A stretch of 58,955 bases of DNA from a virus (lineage: Duplodnaviria; Caudoviricetes): the IMG/VR virus record IMGVR_UViG_3300043776_000546, positions 1 to 58,955 of that record, one strand, 5' to 3'. Positions 1-7,807 of this stretch are shown piece after piece. Position 1 is the stretch's first letter. Each line of letters starts with the position of its first letter. A program made the translations under genes and the position numbers. Below the pieces are notes generated by a model. The model was not told where the DNA came from. It did no database searches and saw only the letters and a program-made list of their open reading frames with translations.

Positions 1-2883
1 TTCGACAAGTACGACATCCACAAGCGGCCGGTGCGGCTGTACCAGTGGTTCACCGGCCTGGCCTTGAGCGACAAGTTCCTGGTGTTCGCGGGGCTCATTA
101 ACACCCCGGCCAGTTGGAACGAGCGGGCGCGGACCGTCAAGTTCGATGTCGTCTCCCAGATCGAGGACAAGGAGATCGGGTTCTCGGCTGAGGAGGGACA
201 GTTCCCGTACATCCCGGCCAACATGGTGGGGAAAGCATGGCCGATGGTGTTCGGCCTGGCCTACGATTATCCGGCGCTCAAGCTGGACATGGCGGTCCAG
301 GGCACGACCCTCACGGGCGCGGGCATCCTTGCCGGCCTGGAATATCTGTCGCCGCTCTACGAGAACGGCACGAGTTCCGACCACAAGAAACTGCAACAGT
401 TGGCCCTCGAAACGATCCACATGGGCTTCCTGTGGCAAGCGGCAAGCTGCTGGGAAGTGGGCGGCAACGACACCCCGGCCGCGCAGACGAAGATCAAGGA
501 ATACTTGGACGCCGGCAACCAGATCAGCGCGCAGATCGGCGCACAGACCGCGCAGATCAAGACGCAGGAGTTGTGCGCCCAGCAGCGATTGCAACTCCAG
601 ATTTACAACGCCAATCTCGCGGGCACCGGGGCCAATCCGATCCAGGTGCTTGGCGGCGAGGACTTCCCGCAGAACACGCCGCTGACCATCAACATCAACG
701 GCGGCCTGTTCTACGGCCATTTCGAGGGCCAGGCATTCTACGTCAGCGCCAGCATCAATCCGCAGTTGGAGGCCCAGGTCGAAGCGATCATCGCCAACAA
801 CTTGACGGACCAGAAGTACCAGCAGGCGCGGCTTCCGTTCTGCACGCCGCCGCTCCAGAGCCAGGCGCAGGCTTACGATTACCGTGCGCCCGTGCCGTGC
901 GGCACGTCGAACGACTTCTTCAATCCCTGCGAGTTGCGGTCGTATGGCTGGCTGATCCCGCGGCCCACGTCGAGCATTTCGGCACCGGGCAACATCGTCA
1001 TGCAGCAATTCTGGGCGGACGCCGGCTCGAAGGTTGAACTTTACACGACGACGGCTGTGACGTATATCGCGTCGATTACGCCCGGAACCGTGCTGGCGGT
1101 GAAAGCCTTCCAGACGGTGGACGGCGTGCGGCGGCTGACGCTGGTGCCGGACGACCTGTACACGATCACGACGCAGACTTACGGCAGCGTCACGGCCACG
1201 CAGGTCACGTTGAAACAGAAGTTGAGCCAAGTGTGGTTCACGAACGCCAAGGGCGACTGGGTGCAAGGCTGGTCGGACGAGTTGTACGTGACCTTCCAGT
1301 CCTCGGTCGGCCCGAACATCGTGGACATCCTGGAGTACATCATCGACAACTACTCGGCCTTGACCTACGACACGGAGAGTTTCAATTACGTCCGCACGAA
1401 GCTGGCCCCCTTCCCGGCGAACTTCCCGCTCTTGCAACGCAAGAACGTGGTGCAGGTGCTCAAGGAAATTTGCTTCCAGTCCCGGTGTGCGCTGCACCTG
1501 GAAGATAACGTGGTTTACCTGACGTACCTGCCGGAAGAGCCGACGCCTGTGGACACGATCACGGTGAGCGACATCGACGCAGACGCCGGGATACAAGTGG
1601 ACCTGGCCGTCAGGACGGAGGACATCATCACGAAGATGAACATACGCTGGCGCTGGACCAATGTGCCGGGCTTCGAGGCGTCCGCCGAACAGACGCCTTC
1701 CGACCAGTTCATCACGCTCCGCCACAACGTAACGAAGTACGGCCTCTGGGAGCGCGAGTACGAGTGGTACATTTTCAATCAGCCTGACATCGTGCTCAAG
1801 ATGGCGACGTTCTGGCTGATTCGCTTGTCGAGCGCATGGAAGCAAGTGAAGTTCCGCACGTATCTGCACAAGTTGGCGCTGGAGGCGTTCGACTGTGTGA
1901 CGCTCGACGCACCGGGCTACGTTGCAACAGACCCGGTGAAGATGGTCGTCACGAAGGCAGCCTACAATTCGGCGGACAACTGCATTGATATTGAGTGTGC
2001 TACGCCGGTGAAGGCGGGGACCCTGGTGCCGGATGTCTACTACTGGCCCTCGAATCTGCCGGTGACGACGCTCTGGCCGTCGGAGTTGGACATCGACAGC
2101 GGCAATGCAGGCGGCGGCGGCATTGGGACGAACGCCAGCGGACAGCTTCCGGTTGGGATGGTTGGGACACTGGGGATGGTCGGTTTCAATCCGGTCGGCT
2201 TGCCGAACGGTGGAAACGTCACCGTCAACATGCCCCAACTTGGGCCGATTTCGCTGGCCCCTGGCGCGAACTTCCAGAGTTTCCGTCCGCAGTCCGTGAT
2301 CTTCGTGGGTGGTCCGAACGTGGTGTTCACTGGTCCTGCGGATTGGGGCGACCGCACGCCAACGGACCTGGGATTTGTGGCGCAAGCCCTGCCGCTTGCG
2401 CCAGCGTTTGGCGGGATAGCAGCGAGTAGTCGCCCTGTCCTGAATATGCGGACATATCCGCTGCGTGATTCCGAGCCGATGCAAGTCGCAAAAGACCCGG
2501 TGCCGGTCGTGCTTGATCTGGACAAGACGCAGATCGTCTCTTCCGTCGCTGGCGACCATCGGATGGCTTACCTGGCGGATGTGTTCAACATACCGGCTGC
2601 GTCGGACAACGACCCAGGCGGGTTGCGGATTGATCTGGCCCGTGCGCGTGTCATGGACAGCACGCCCGCGGACTCGACGACTACCTGGTCGGATGCGTTG
2701 AATCAGGTGTTCGTGCTGACGGATGGACCGGATGGCGGCACGACCCTGATGATCGACGGGCGATCTGACCAGGGCACGTTGATTCTCACGGATGATGCCA
2801 CGACTGGTGCGCGGTTTGACTTCAAGTACGACACCACCGGTCAGAAATTGGGTGCAGGGACGGCCTTCTTGCAGTCACCTTAA
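1..2883 (+). CDS. Phage tail/baseplate-type structural protein (5' truncated)
   Basis: Frame is open from base 1. The protein exceeds 950 aa and has tail-hub-like segments (GKAWPMVFG, NIVDILEYII, VLKEICFQSRC) and a Gly/Pro-rich C-terminus. Function is inferred. Confidence 0.6.
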   Translation, partial: FDKYDIHKRPVRLYQWFTGLALSDKFLVFAGLINTPASWNERARTVKFDVVSQIEDKEIGFSAEEGQFPYIPANMVGKAWPMVFGLAYDYPALKLDMAVQGTTLTGAGILAGLEYLSPLYENGTSSDHKKLQQLALETIHMGFLWQAASCWEVGGNDTPAAQTKIKEYLDAGNQISAQIGAQTAQIKTQELCAQQRLQLQIYNANLAGTGANPIQVLGGEDFPQNTPLTININGGLFYGHFEGQAFYVSASINPQLEAQVEAIIANNLTDQKYQQARLPFCTPPLQSQAQAYDYRAPVPCGTSNDFFNPCELRSYGWLIPRPTSSISAPGNIVMQQFWADAGSKVELYTTTAVTYIASITPGTVLAVKAFQTVDGVRRLTLVPDDLYTITTQTYGSVTATQVTLKQKLSQVWFTNAKGDWVQGWSDELYVTFQSSVGPNIVDILEYIIDNYSALTYDTESFNYVRTKLAPFPANFPLLQRKNVVQVLKEICFQSRCALHLEDNVVYLTYLPEEPTPVDTITVSDIDADAGIQVDLAVRTEDIITKMNIRWRWTNVPGFEASAEQTPSDQFITLRHNVTKYGLWEREYEWYIFNQPDIVLKMATFWLIRLSSAWKQVKFRTYLHKLALEAFDCVTLDAPGYVATDPVKMVVTKAAYNSADNCIDIECATPVKAGTLVPDVYYWPSNLPVTTLWPSELDIDSGNAGGGGIGTNASGQLPVGMVGTLGMVGFNPVGLPNGGNVTVNMPQLGPISLAPGANFQSFRPQSVIFVGGPNVVFTGPADWGDRTPTDLGFVAQALPLAPAFGGIAASSRPVLNMRTYPLRDSEPMQVAKDPVPVVLDLDKTQIVSSVAGDHRMAYLADVFNIPAASDNDPGGLRIDLARARVMDSTPADSTTTWSDALNQVFVLTDGPDGGTTLMIDGRSDQGTLILTDDATTGARFDFKYDTTGQKLGAGTAFLQSP

Positions 2884-2906
2884 CCATCAACAGGAGGGCC
2901 AAGCCA

Positions 2907-3089
2907 ATGGCCGAGAAATGGATTCAGGGTGCAATCAAGCACCCTGGGGCCTTGAAAGCCAAGGCCAAGCGGGCTGGTGAGAGCCTTTCGCAGTTCATGC
3001 GGGAGGCCCACAAGGACCCGACGACCAAGCGCCAGGTCGCAATGGCGCAAACCCTGATGGCGATGTCCCATCGCCGGAAGGGCAAGTAG
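2907..3089 (+). CDS. Small basic phage protein
   Basis: RBS AGGAGG upstream; 60 aa; KWIQGAIKHPGAL resembles small basic phage proteins (from recall). Confidence 0.75.
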   Translation: MAEKWIQGAIKHPGALKAKAKRAGESLSQFMREAHKDPTTKRQVAMAQTLMAMSHRRKGK

Positions 3090-3123
3090 CGTCAGCCGGC
3101 GTTCGGTTGACGTGCGTTTTGTT
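3090..3123 (+). terminator. Putative intrinsic terminator
   Basis: CGTCAGCCGG/TCGGTTGACG hairpin directly after the stop codon, followed by a T-rich tract. Confidence 0.5.
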
Positions 3124-3156
3124 CGATCCTGTTTCTACTGCGAAAGGTTCACTACG

Positions 3157-3345
3157 ATGCAGAACATCGGAGCCCCCGCCGGCAACGGCAAACTCGACAC
3201 CATCCTCGTCCAGGCCCAAGGCGAGACCGGCGATCACGTTGACCGCCAGCCCGCGCTGAGCGAAGCCCTGAAGGACTCCGCCGAAGTCAAGGCCCCCGAG
3301 GTCAACAAGGCCGCCAAGTACGACGGTCAGTGGAAGGGCCTGTAA
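3157..3345 (+). CDS. Small protein, paralog 1 of 3
   Basis: GAAAGG RBS; begins MQNIGAP...DTILVQAQG. Confidence 0.7.
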   Translation: MQNIGAPAGNGKLDTILVQAQGETGDHVDRQPALSEALKDSAEVKAPEVNKAAKYDGQWKGL

Positions 3346-3348
3346 ACC

Positions 3349-3552
3349 ATGCAGGAGATCTGCAAGAACCCTCAACCGACCCATGATGACATGGCGCTGA
3401 TTGCGGCCCAGGGGCGTGACCCCGCGGTTGTCAACCAGGATGTCGCCGATGCCCGCGCCAGCGATCATGCGAAGAAGATGGAGCCAGAGTATCCCGGCCC
3501 GCAGTGGGTCCATGATGACCCCAGCCCGGATCGTGGCTACGCGGGGGAGTAA
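3349..3552 (+). CDS. Small protein, paralog 2 of 3
   Basis: TAAACCATG junction; begins MQEICKNPQPTHDDMALIAAQGR. Confidence 0.7.
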   Translation: MQEICKNPQPTHDDMALIAAQGRDPAVVNQDVADARASDHAKKMEPEYPGPQWVHDDPSPDRGYAGE

Positions 3553-3555
3553 GCC

Positions 3556-3732
3556 ATGCAGGCGATCAACTCCCCCAGACCAACCCACGAGGATGTGGTC
3601 CTCGTCCAATCCTCCGGGCGTGAGACGGTCCAGCAGGACTTGACCACGGCCCGGAAGGCAGCCGAGGCGATCCGCGCGGAACGTGTGGCAGCCCAGGGTC
3701 CTGACCCTGACTGCCCGGTGCCAATTCCATAG
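3556..3732 (+). CDS. Small protein, paralog 3 of 3 (58 aa, absent from the ORF track)
   Basis: TAAGCCATG junction; MQAINSPRPTHEDVVLVQSSGRETVQQD aligns with paralog 2. Confidence 0.7.
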   Translation: MQAINSPRPTHEDVVLVQSSGRETVQQDLTTARKAAEAIRAERVAAQGPDPDCPVPIP

Positions 3733-3752
3733 TTGGGAGTCCAGAAGCAGAG

Positions 3753-3792
3753 AAAGGGCAGCCAGGCGTTCGCCTGGCTGCCCTTTTGTTTT
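3753..3792 (+). terminator. Intrinsic terminator, possibly bidirectional
   Basis: AAAGGGCAGCCAGGC-GTTC-GCCTGGCTGCCCTTT perfect 15-bp stem followed by TGTTTT, between convergent gene blocks. Confidence 0.85.
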
Positions 3793-4048
3793 GGGTGTGA
3801 CCGGCCTTCCGCTCCCCGCAACCCCTTAAATTCACGGGATTTACGATCTGGTGGTTGACCGAATGTCCAATGTTTTGGCCAAACATTGCCGACGAGCGTC
3901 GCGCGGGCTCAGCGATGTTCGGAAGTTCCGACCTATGTTCAACGTCAACCCTCGATTTCTCCGGTGATTTTCAATCCGAAGACACGGAAACACGATCCCA
4001 CACACACCCCAAAGCCCCCAAATTCAGAGCGGAAGGCCGGTTACACCC
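3793..4048. mobile_element. MITE-like element or end-paired ncRNA (256 bp)
   Basis: 22-bp terminal inverted repeats GGGTGTGACCGGCCTTCCGCTC / GAGCGGAAGGCCGGTTACACCC (1 mismatch), flanked on both sides by TTTTGTTTT (3784-3792, 4049-4057). Confidence 0.55.
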
Positions 4049-4065
4049 TTTTGTTTTGTGCGGTG

Positions 4066-4596
4066 CTACTTCTTGGCCTGGATGCGGGCCTCCGTGACCG
4101 GCTTTCCCTTGGCGATCATGGCGGCCACCATTTCCGCGACCGTGGACGGCCGGGGCTTGTAGACCTTGGCCGGCTGCCGCTCGGGGCAGGCTGCGCACTG
4201 GTCGAGCGTGACCGGGTGGGAGCAGAGGGCCGCCCGGGGATTGTGGCACTTCCCCGCGATCTTGAGTTGCTTTTCGTGGATGAAGACCCCGAGTATCCGG
4301 TGGATGCACTCCGGCCACGCCGGGTGGAACCGCCGCGGGTTCGTGCCGTCGCGGGTGTAGCCGTAGAGATCGCCAGGCTCGCCGGTTGGGAATTCGAGCG
4401 ATCCATCGTCATGGCCGATGGGCCGCCCGCATTCCAACTCACCTTCAGGAATCGCGTATGCCACCGACCGGTAAATGTCGATCTGTGGCCCGTCGTAATT
4501 GAGGAGCACGTTCAACTGGTGCCCGGATTGTTTGGTGCCGGGCATCGGTAGCAGAGTGGGTGGGCAGTCGGTGCAAGGTTGGATGGGCTCGGTCAT
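4066..4596 (-). CDS. Cys-rich hypothetical protein (one copy of the DGS..WPxC..CxxC domain)
   Basis: Overlaps the stop of the upstream gene and shares a domain with 4593..5372. Confidence 0.75.
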   Translation of the reverse strand: MTEPIQPCTDCPPTLLPMPGTKQSGHQLNVLLNYDGPQIDIYRSVAYAIPEGELECGRPIGHDDGSLEFPTGEPGDLYGYTRDGTNPRRFHPAWPECIHRILGVFIHEKQLKIAGKCHNPRAALCSHPVTLDQCAACPERQPAKVYKPRPSTVAEMVAAMIAKGKPVTEARIQAKK

Positions 4597-5372
4597 GGCT
4601 TACTCTTCACGGGACAGGTCTCGCAGGTTGTGTGCGGCAGACGTTGCCCGAACATGGGCGACTGCGGATTGTTGCACCGCATGATAAGGTCGATGCAGCC
4701 GCAGTTGGCCTTGAGAAAGGCGCTCTGCACACGCAACGTGCAGATCGGCCAGAGCGGCAGGAACCGCCAGGCGTTGTTGGGATCGCGGGCGTAGCCGTTG
4801 ATGTTAGCGGGCGGCTCCCAGTCGTTGTCGGCGTGCGGATAGATGATGGAGCCGTCCGCCTCGAACACCGGCCGCCTGAAGGTCTGTTCCTTGGCAGGTT
4901 CCGCCGGTGGCAGCGTGTTGGCGATGGCCTGCAAGTCTGGTCTTGGTTCTACAGGCGGTGGCGTGGGGGTGGCGACTGGGAAGGTCGCGGGCCACGGAAG
5001 CGGGGTCGGCGTCCAGACGACGCCGCCGATAGGTTTTCCCTTGTCGTCAACCGGGACTGAGCGGTCAGGCTGCTTGTTGACCCGCAGTGTACCGATCTCT
5101 TTTCCGTCAGCATCAACTTGTGGGACGGTCACGAGTTCAAGGGTCTCGGCCTGATTACACGCAAGGCAGTCCTGGATGGTGCCGGTCAAGTGTAAGAGGA
5201 GACAGTGGACGGCGACCCACGGCCGGTCGTTGTGGCTCCCGTAGGAGAGGCAGCGGTAGCCGCAAGGCGGCCATGTCGGCACATAGCGGCCGTCACGCTG
5301 GACCCAGCCGGCGGGGATCGGCGTGTCGGGGTCGGCTTGAAAGGAGCCGTCGTCATTGAAGGTGATGCTCAT
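4593..5372 (-). CDS. Cys-rich hypothetical protein (two copies of the same domain)
   Basis: Internal repeat separated by a Pro-rich linker. Confidence 0.75.
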   Translation of the reverse strand: MSITFNDDGSFQADPDTPIPAGWVQRDGRYVPTWPPCGYRCLSYGSHNDRPWVAVHCLLLHLTGTIQDCLACNQAETLELVTVPQVDADGKEIGTLRVNKQPDRSVPVDDKGKPIGGVVWTPTPLPWPATFPVATPTPPPVEPRPDLQAIANTLPPAEPAKEQTFRRPVFEADGSIIYPHADNDWEPPANINGYARDPNNAWRFLPLWPICTLRVQSAFLKANCGCIDLIMRCNNPQSPMFGQRLPHTTCETCPVKSKP

Positions 5373-5375
5373 GGC

Positions 5376-6497
5376 TTACCCGTACTGGGGCTGCGTGATA
5401 AGGAGTTGGGCCTGCCCATTGGAGGTTTGCTGGCAGATGGGCAGCGTGCTGCCCACGCTACAATGGTTGGAGTAGCAGGTGTAGGTGCCGAAAATCGGGG
5501 CCTCCTCCAGGTAAAGAAAGTAGGGGTGGCCGTCTGGTGTAAAGGACCCACCTGCGATGGAGGCCCACGGGAACTGAACGCCAAGGATGTTTTGGCCCAG
5601 AGGACCGTTGGTGTAGCGGTACTGCAACGAAAAGTTTGCCGAGCAATTCAGGGGCAGGCAGCAGTTCGTGGGCGGGATGAACGGCCAGCCAAATATGGTC
5701 GTTTGGGCGGCGTACCAGGTCTGGATCATGGAGGCCAGGTTGACGAAGGAGGAGCCGTCTGACGATGCGAGGGCTGCCGCCAGCGACATGCTGAGATCAG
5801 CGGCGTTGTTGGCCTTGGTCTTGAGGGCGACGGCGCTTATTTCAAGGAGGCCCCGTTGTGTGCTTATCGCCGCCACCACGTCCTGTTGGGCGTTGACGGC
5901 TTGAATTGCAGCCTGACAGGGTAGCAAGGGCGCTTCTTCACCTTCACATGCGAGATCGCGGGCGTGGCCTAAGCTGGCTAACTTAGCCATTTCAATAACA
6001 ATCTGCGCTTCGAGTTTGCACATTTGTTGCACGGCGAGGGCGTACTGGTAGACGTAGCCTGACGCCTGACTGCCCGCGTTGGTGATGGCCTTCAGCACCG
6101 AGCTACCGGGCAACGGTGGATTCCAGAGGGATTCGGTGCAGCCGGCGACGGTCCAACTGCCGAGGAAGGCCGTGCTCTGGACCGGCTTGACATGGTTGGA
6201 GCAACAGTTCTGGTTGCAGGAGCACCAGCCGGCGGCGAGGGCCGTATTGATCTCGTCAATCGTGGACTGCTTCCAGAGTGGATTGATGGGGCTGGCGAAG
6301 ACGACCGTGTTGCACATGGCCTTCAAGGTCGTCTGCACGGTCTGGATGTCCGTTACGGACCAGCGGTGCGGTGCAGTCGCCAAGGGGATGGCCGCCTGTG
6401 CCGAGCAGCCCGGAGGCGGATTCGTTGCGAGCGTATTGATAGCCGTGACGAGGCCATTCCAGTCAGTAAGATGTTCAACGACAGTGGCAGGCATCAC
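5376..6497 (-). CDS. Cys-rich hypothetical protein, possibly a virion component
   Basis: 373 aa; AGGAG RBS; central coiled-coil-like stretch. Confidence 0.65.
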   Translation of the reverse strand: MMPATVVEHLTDWNGLVTAINTLATNPPPGCSAQAAIPLATAPHRWSVTDIQTVQTTLKAMCNTVVFASPINPLWKQSTIDEINTALAAGWCSCNQNCCSNHVKPVQSTAFLGSWTVAGCTESLWNPPLPGSSVLKAITNAGSQASGYVYQYALAVQQMCKLEAQIVIEMAKLASLGHARDLACEGEEAPLLPCQAAIQAVNAQQDVVAAISTQRGLLEISAVALKTKANNAADLSMSLAAALASSDGSSFVNLASMIQTWYAAQTTIFGWPFIPPTNCCLPLNCSANFSLQYRYTNGPLGQNILGVQFPWASIAGGSFTPDGHPYFLYLEEAPIFGTYTCYSNHCSVGSTLPICQQTSNGQAQLLITQPQYG

Positions 6498-6503
6498 GGA
6501 CTC

Positions 6504-7115
6504 CTAGAACATTTGCAGCAGTGCCCGGTAGATTTCGGCCTCGGCTAAGGCGTCGGCCAGGGCGTCGTGGGCGTTGGCGTTGACGACGTTGAACTTGGCA
6601 CAGAGCGATCCCAACCCCACGCGGTTGAACGGGATCGCCTCGCCACGCATGGCGGCCCGGTCGTTGATGGCGATGGCCAGCAGCATCCCGTCGCGGGCAT
6701 GGCTGAACCAGATGTCGTCGAAGAGCGTGACGCCCAGCCATTCCTTGAGCCAACTCGCCTCGAAGGCCCAGTTGTGCGCCATCGGCACCAGGCTTTTCTT
6801 GAAGGGCAGGTCCAGGCCCTCGAACCATTCGACGAACAGGTCCTTCACCTTGTCCTGGTCGGGGGCATGAAGGAGCAGTTGCTCCATCGGGATGTTGTGC
6901 TTGAACTGTGCCTGCTGCTCGGCCCGCTCGGGGAAGTTGGGCTTGATCTCGGTGTAGAAGGGACGGAGATTGGCCGCGGGCTTCAATTCGGCGTCCAGCG
7001 GCACGCAGGCGACCTGGATGATCTCGTGGTAGCCTGGCCGCCGGCCGGTCGTCTCCAAGTCCACGGACACGAGCAGATTGCCATTGAGATTCAGAAGTCC
7101 GGGATAGGTTTTCAT
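6504..7115 (-). CDS. DEDDh 3'-5' exonuclease
   Basis: VDLETTG (ExoI), AHNWAFE (ExoII), HDALAD (ExoIII). Confidence 0.85.
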   Translation of the reverse strand: MKTYPGLLNLNGNLLVSVDLETTGRRPGYHEIIQVACVPLDAELKPAANLRPFYTEIKPNFPERAEQQAQFKHNIPMEQLLLHAPDQDKVKDLFVEWFEGLDLPFKKSLVPMAHNWAFEASWLKEWLGVTLFDDIWFSHARDGMLLAIAINDRAAMRGEAIPFNRVGLGSLCAKFNVVNANAHDALADALAEAEIYRALLQMF

Positions 7116-7179
7116 GGGGGTTTGCTCGGTCGGATGCCTCCGGCCCCGCGTGTGCGGGGCCGGAGCGGCTGGGATTGGG

Positions 7180-7644
7180 TCAGGATTTGCGGGTCTGCCT
7201 TGCGGCCTTCTTCGCCGACCTGGGCCTGGCGTGCTTCCCCGCCTTCCGCCTGACGGCCCTCAAGGCGGCCTTGATAACGGCACGGTAGGTCGGCATGTCG
7301 TTCAGGCTGGCGGGCAACACGCCGCGCTCGATCATCTCTTCGTAGTGGATCAGGGCCATCGCGTTGAACATGATCGCCGCCAGGTGATCCTCGTCCTTCA
7401 ATCCCTGCTGGAACTTCATCAGGTGCCGCTTCAGGGAGGCCACGCACCGGCTGAACGGCATCCCGTTCTCCCAATTGCGCTCGGCATATTTCGCGGCTCC
7501 CATGCGGAGCCAGTGGCCCTGCCGCTCTTCGGCGAAGGGGGAGATCAGGTCGGGCCGCGGCTTGTCGTCCGCGGTGTCGCGGATCGCCATGCCCTTGCCG
7601 AAGGACTGTCGCTTGCCATTGTCAGCCATGCTGTACTTGCTCAC
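7180..7644 (-). CDS. DUF5664-type dATP/dGTP diphosphohydrolase
   Basis: KPRPDLI, GAAKYAERNWENG, SLKRHL and EDHLAAIMFNA motifs. GTG start chosen after GGAG; start is uncertain. Confidence 0.8.
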   Translation of the reverse strand: MSKYSMADNGKRQSFGKGMAIRDTADDKPRPDLISPFAEERQGHWLRMGAAKYAERNWENGMPFSRCVASLKRHLMKFQQGLKDEDHLAAIMFNAMALIHYEEMIERGVLPASLNDMPTYRAVIKAALRAVRRKAGKHARPRSAKKAARQTRKS

Positions 7645-7807
7645 GGTCTTCTTCTCCAGGTGCAACTTCGAGGTGATCGCCGCCGTGCTCGTCGGCGAAG
7701 TTCTGGGGATCGTCCGGGAAGGCGTCCACTTCGACTTCGGTGACGGGCCGTGCGAGCAGGATGGAGCGGGTAAGATGGTCAGTGGTTTGGTAGACGTGGA
7801 TCAGCAT
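7622..7807 (-). CDS. Small hypothetical protein
   Basis: Fills the gap between primase and DUF5664 with overlapping start/stop codons. Confidence 0.55.
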   Translation of the reverse strand: MLIHVYQTTDHLTRSILLARPVTEVEVDAFPDDPQNFADEHGGDHLEVAPGEEDREQVQHG

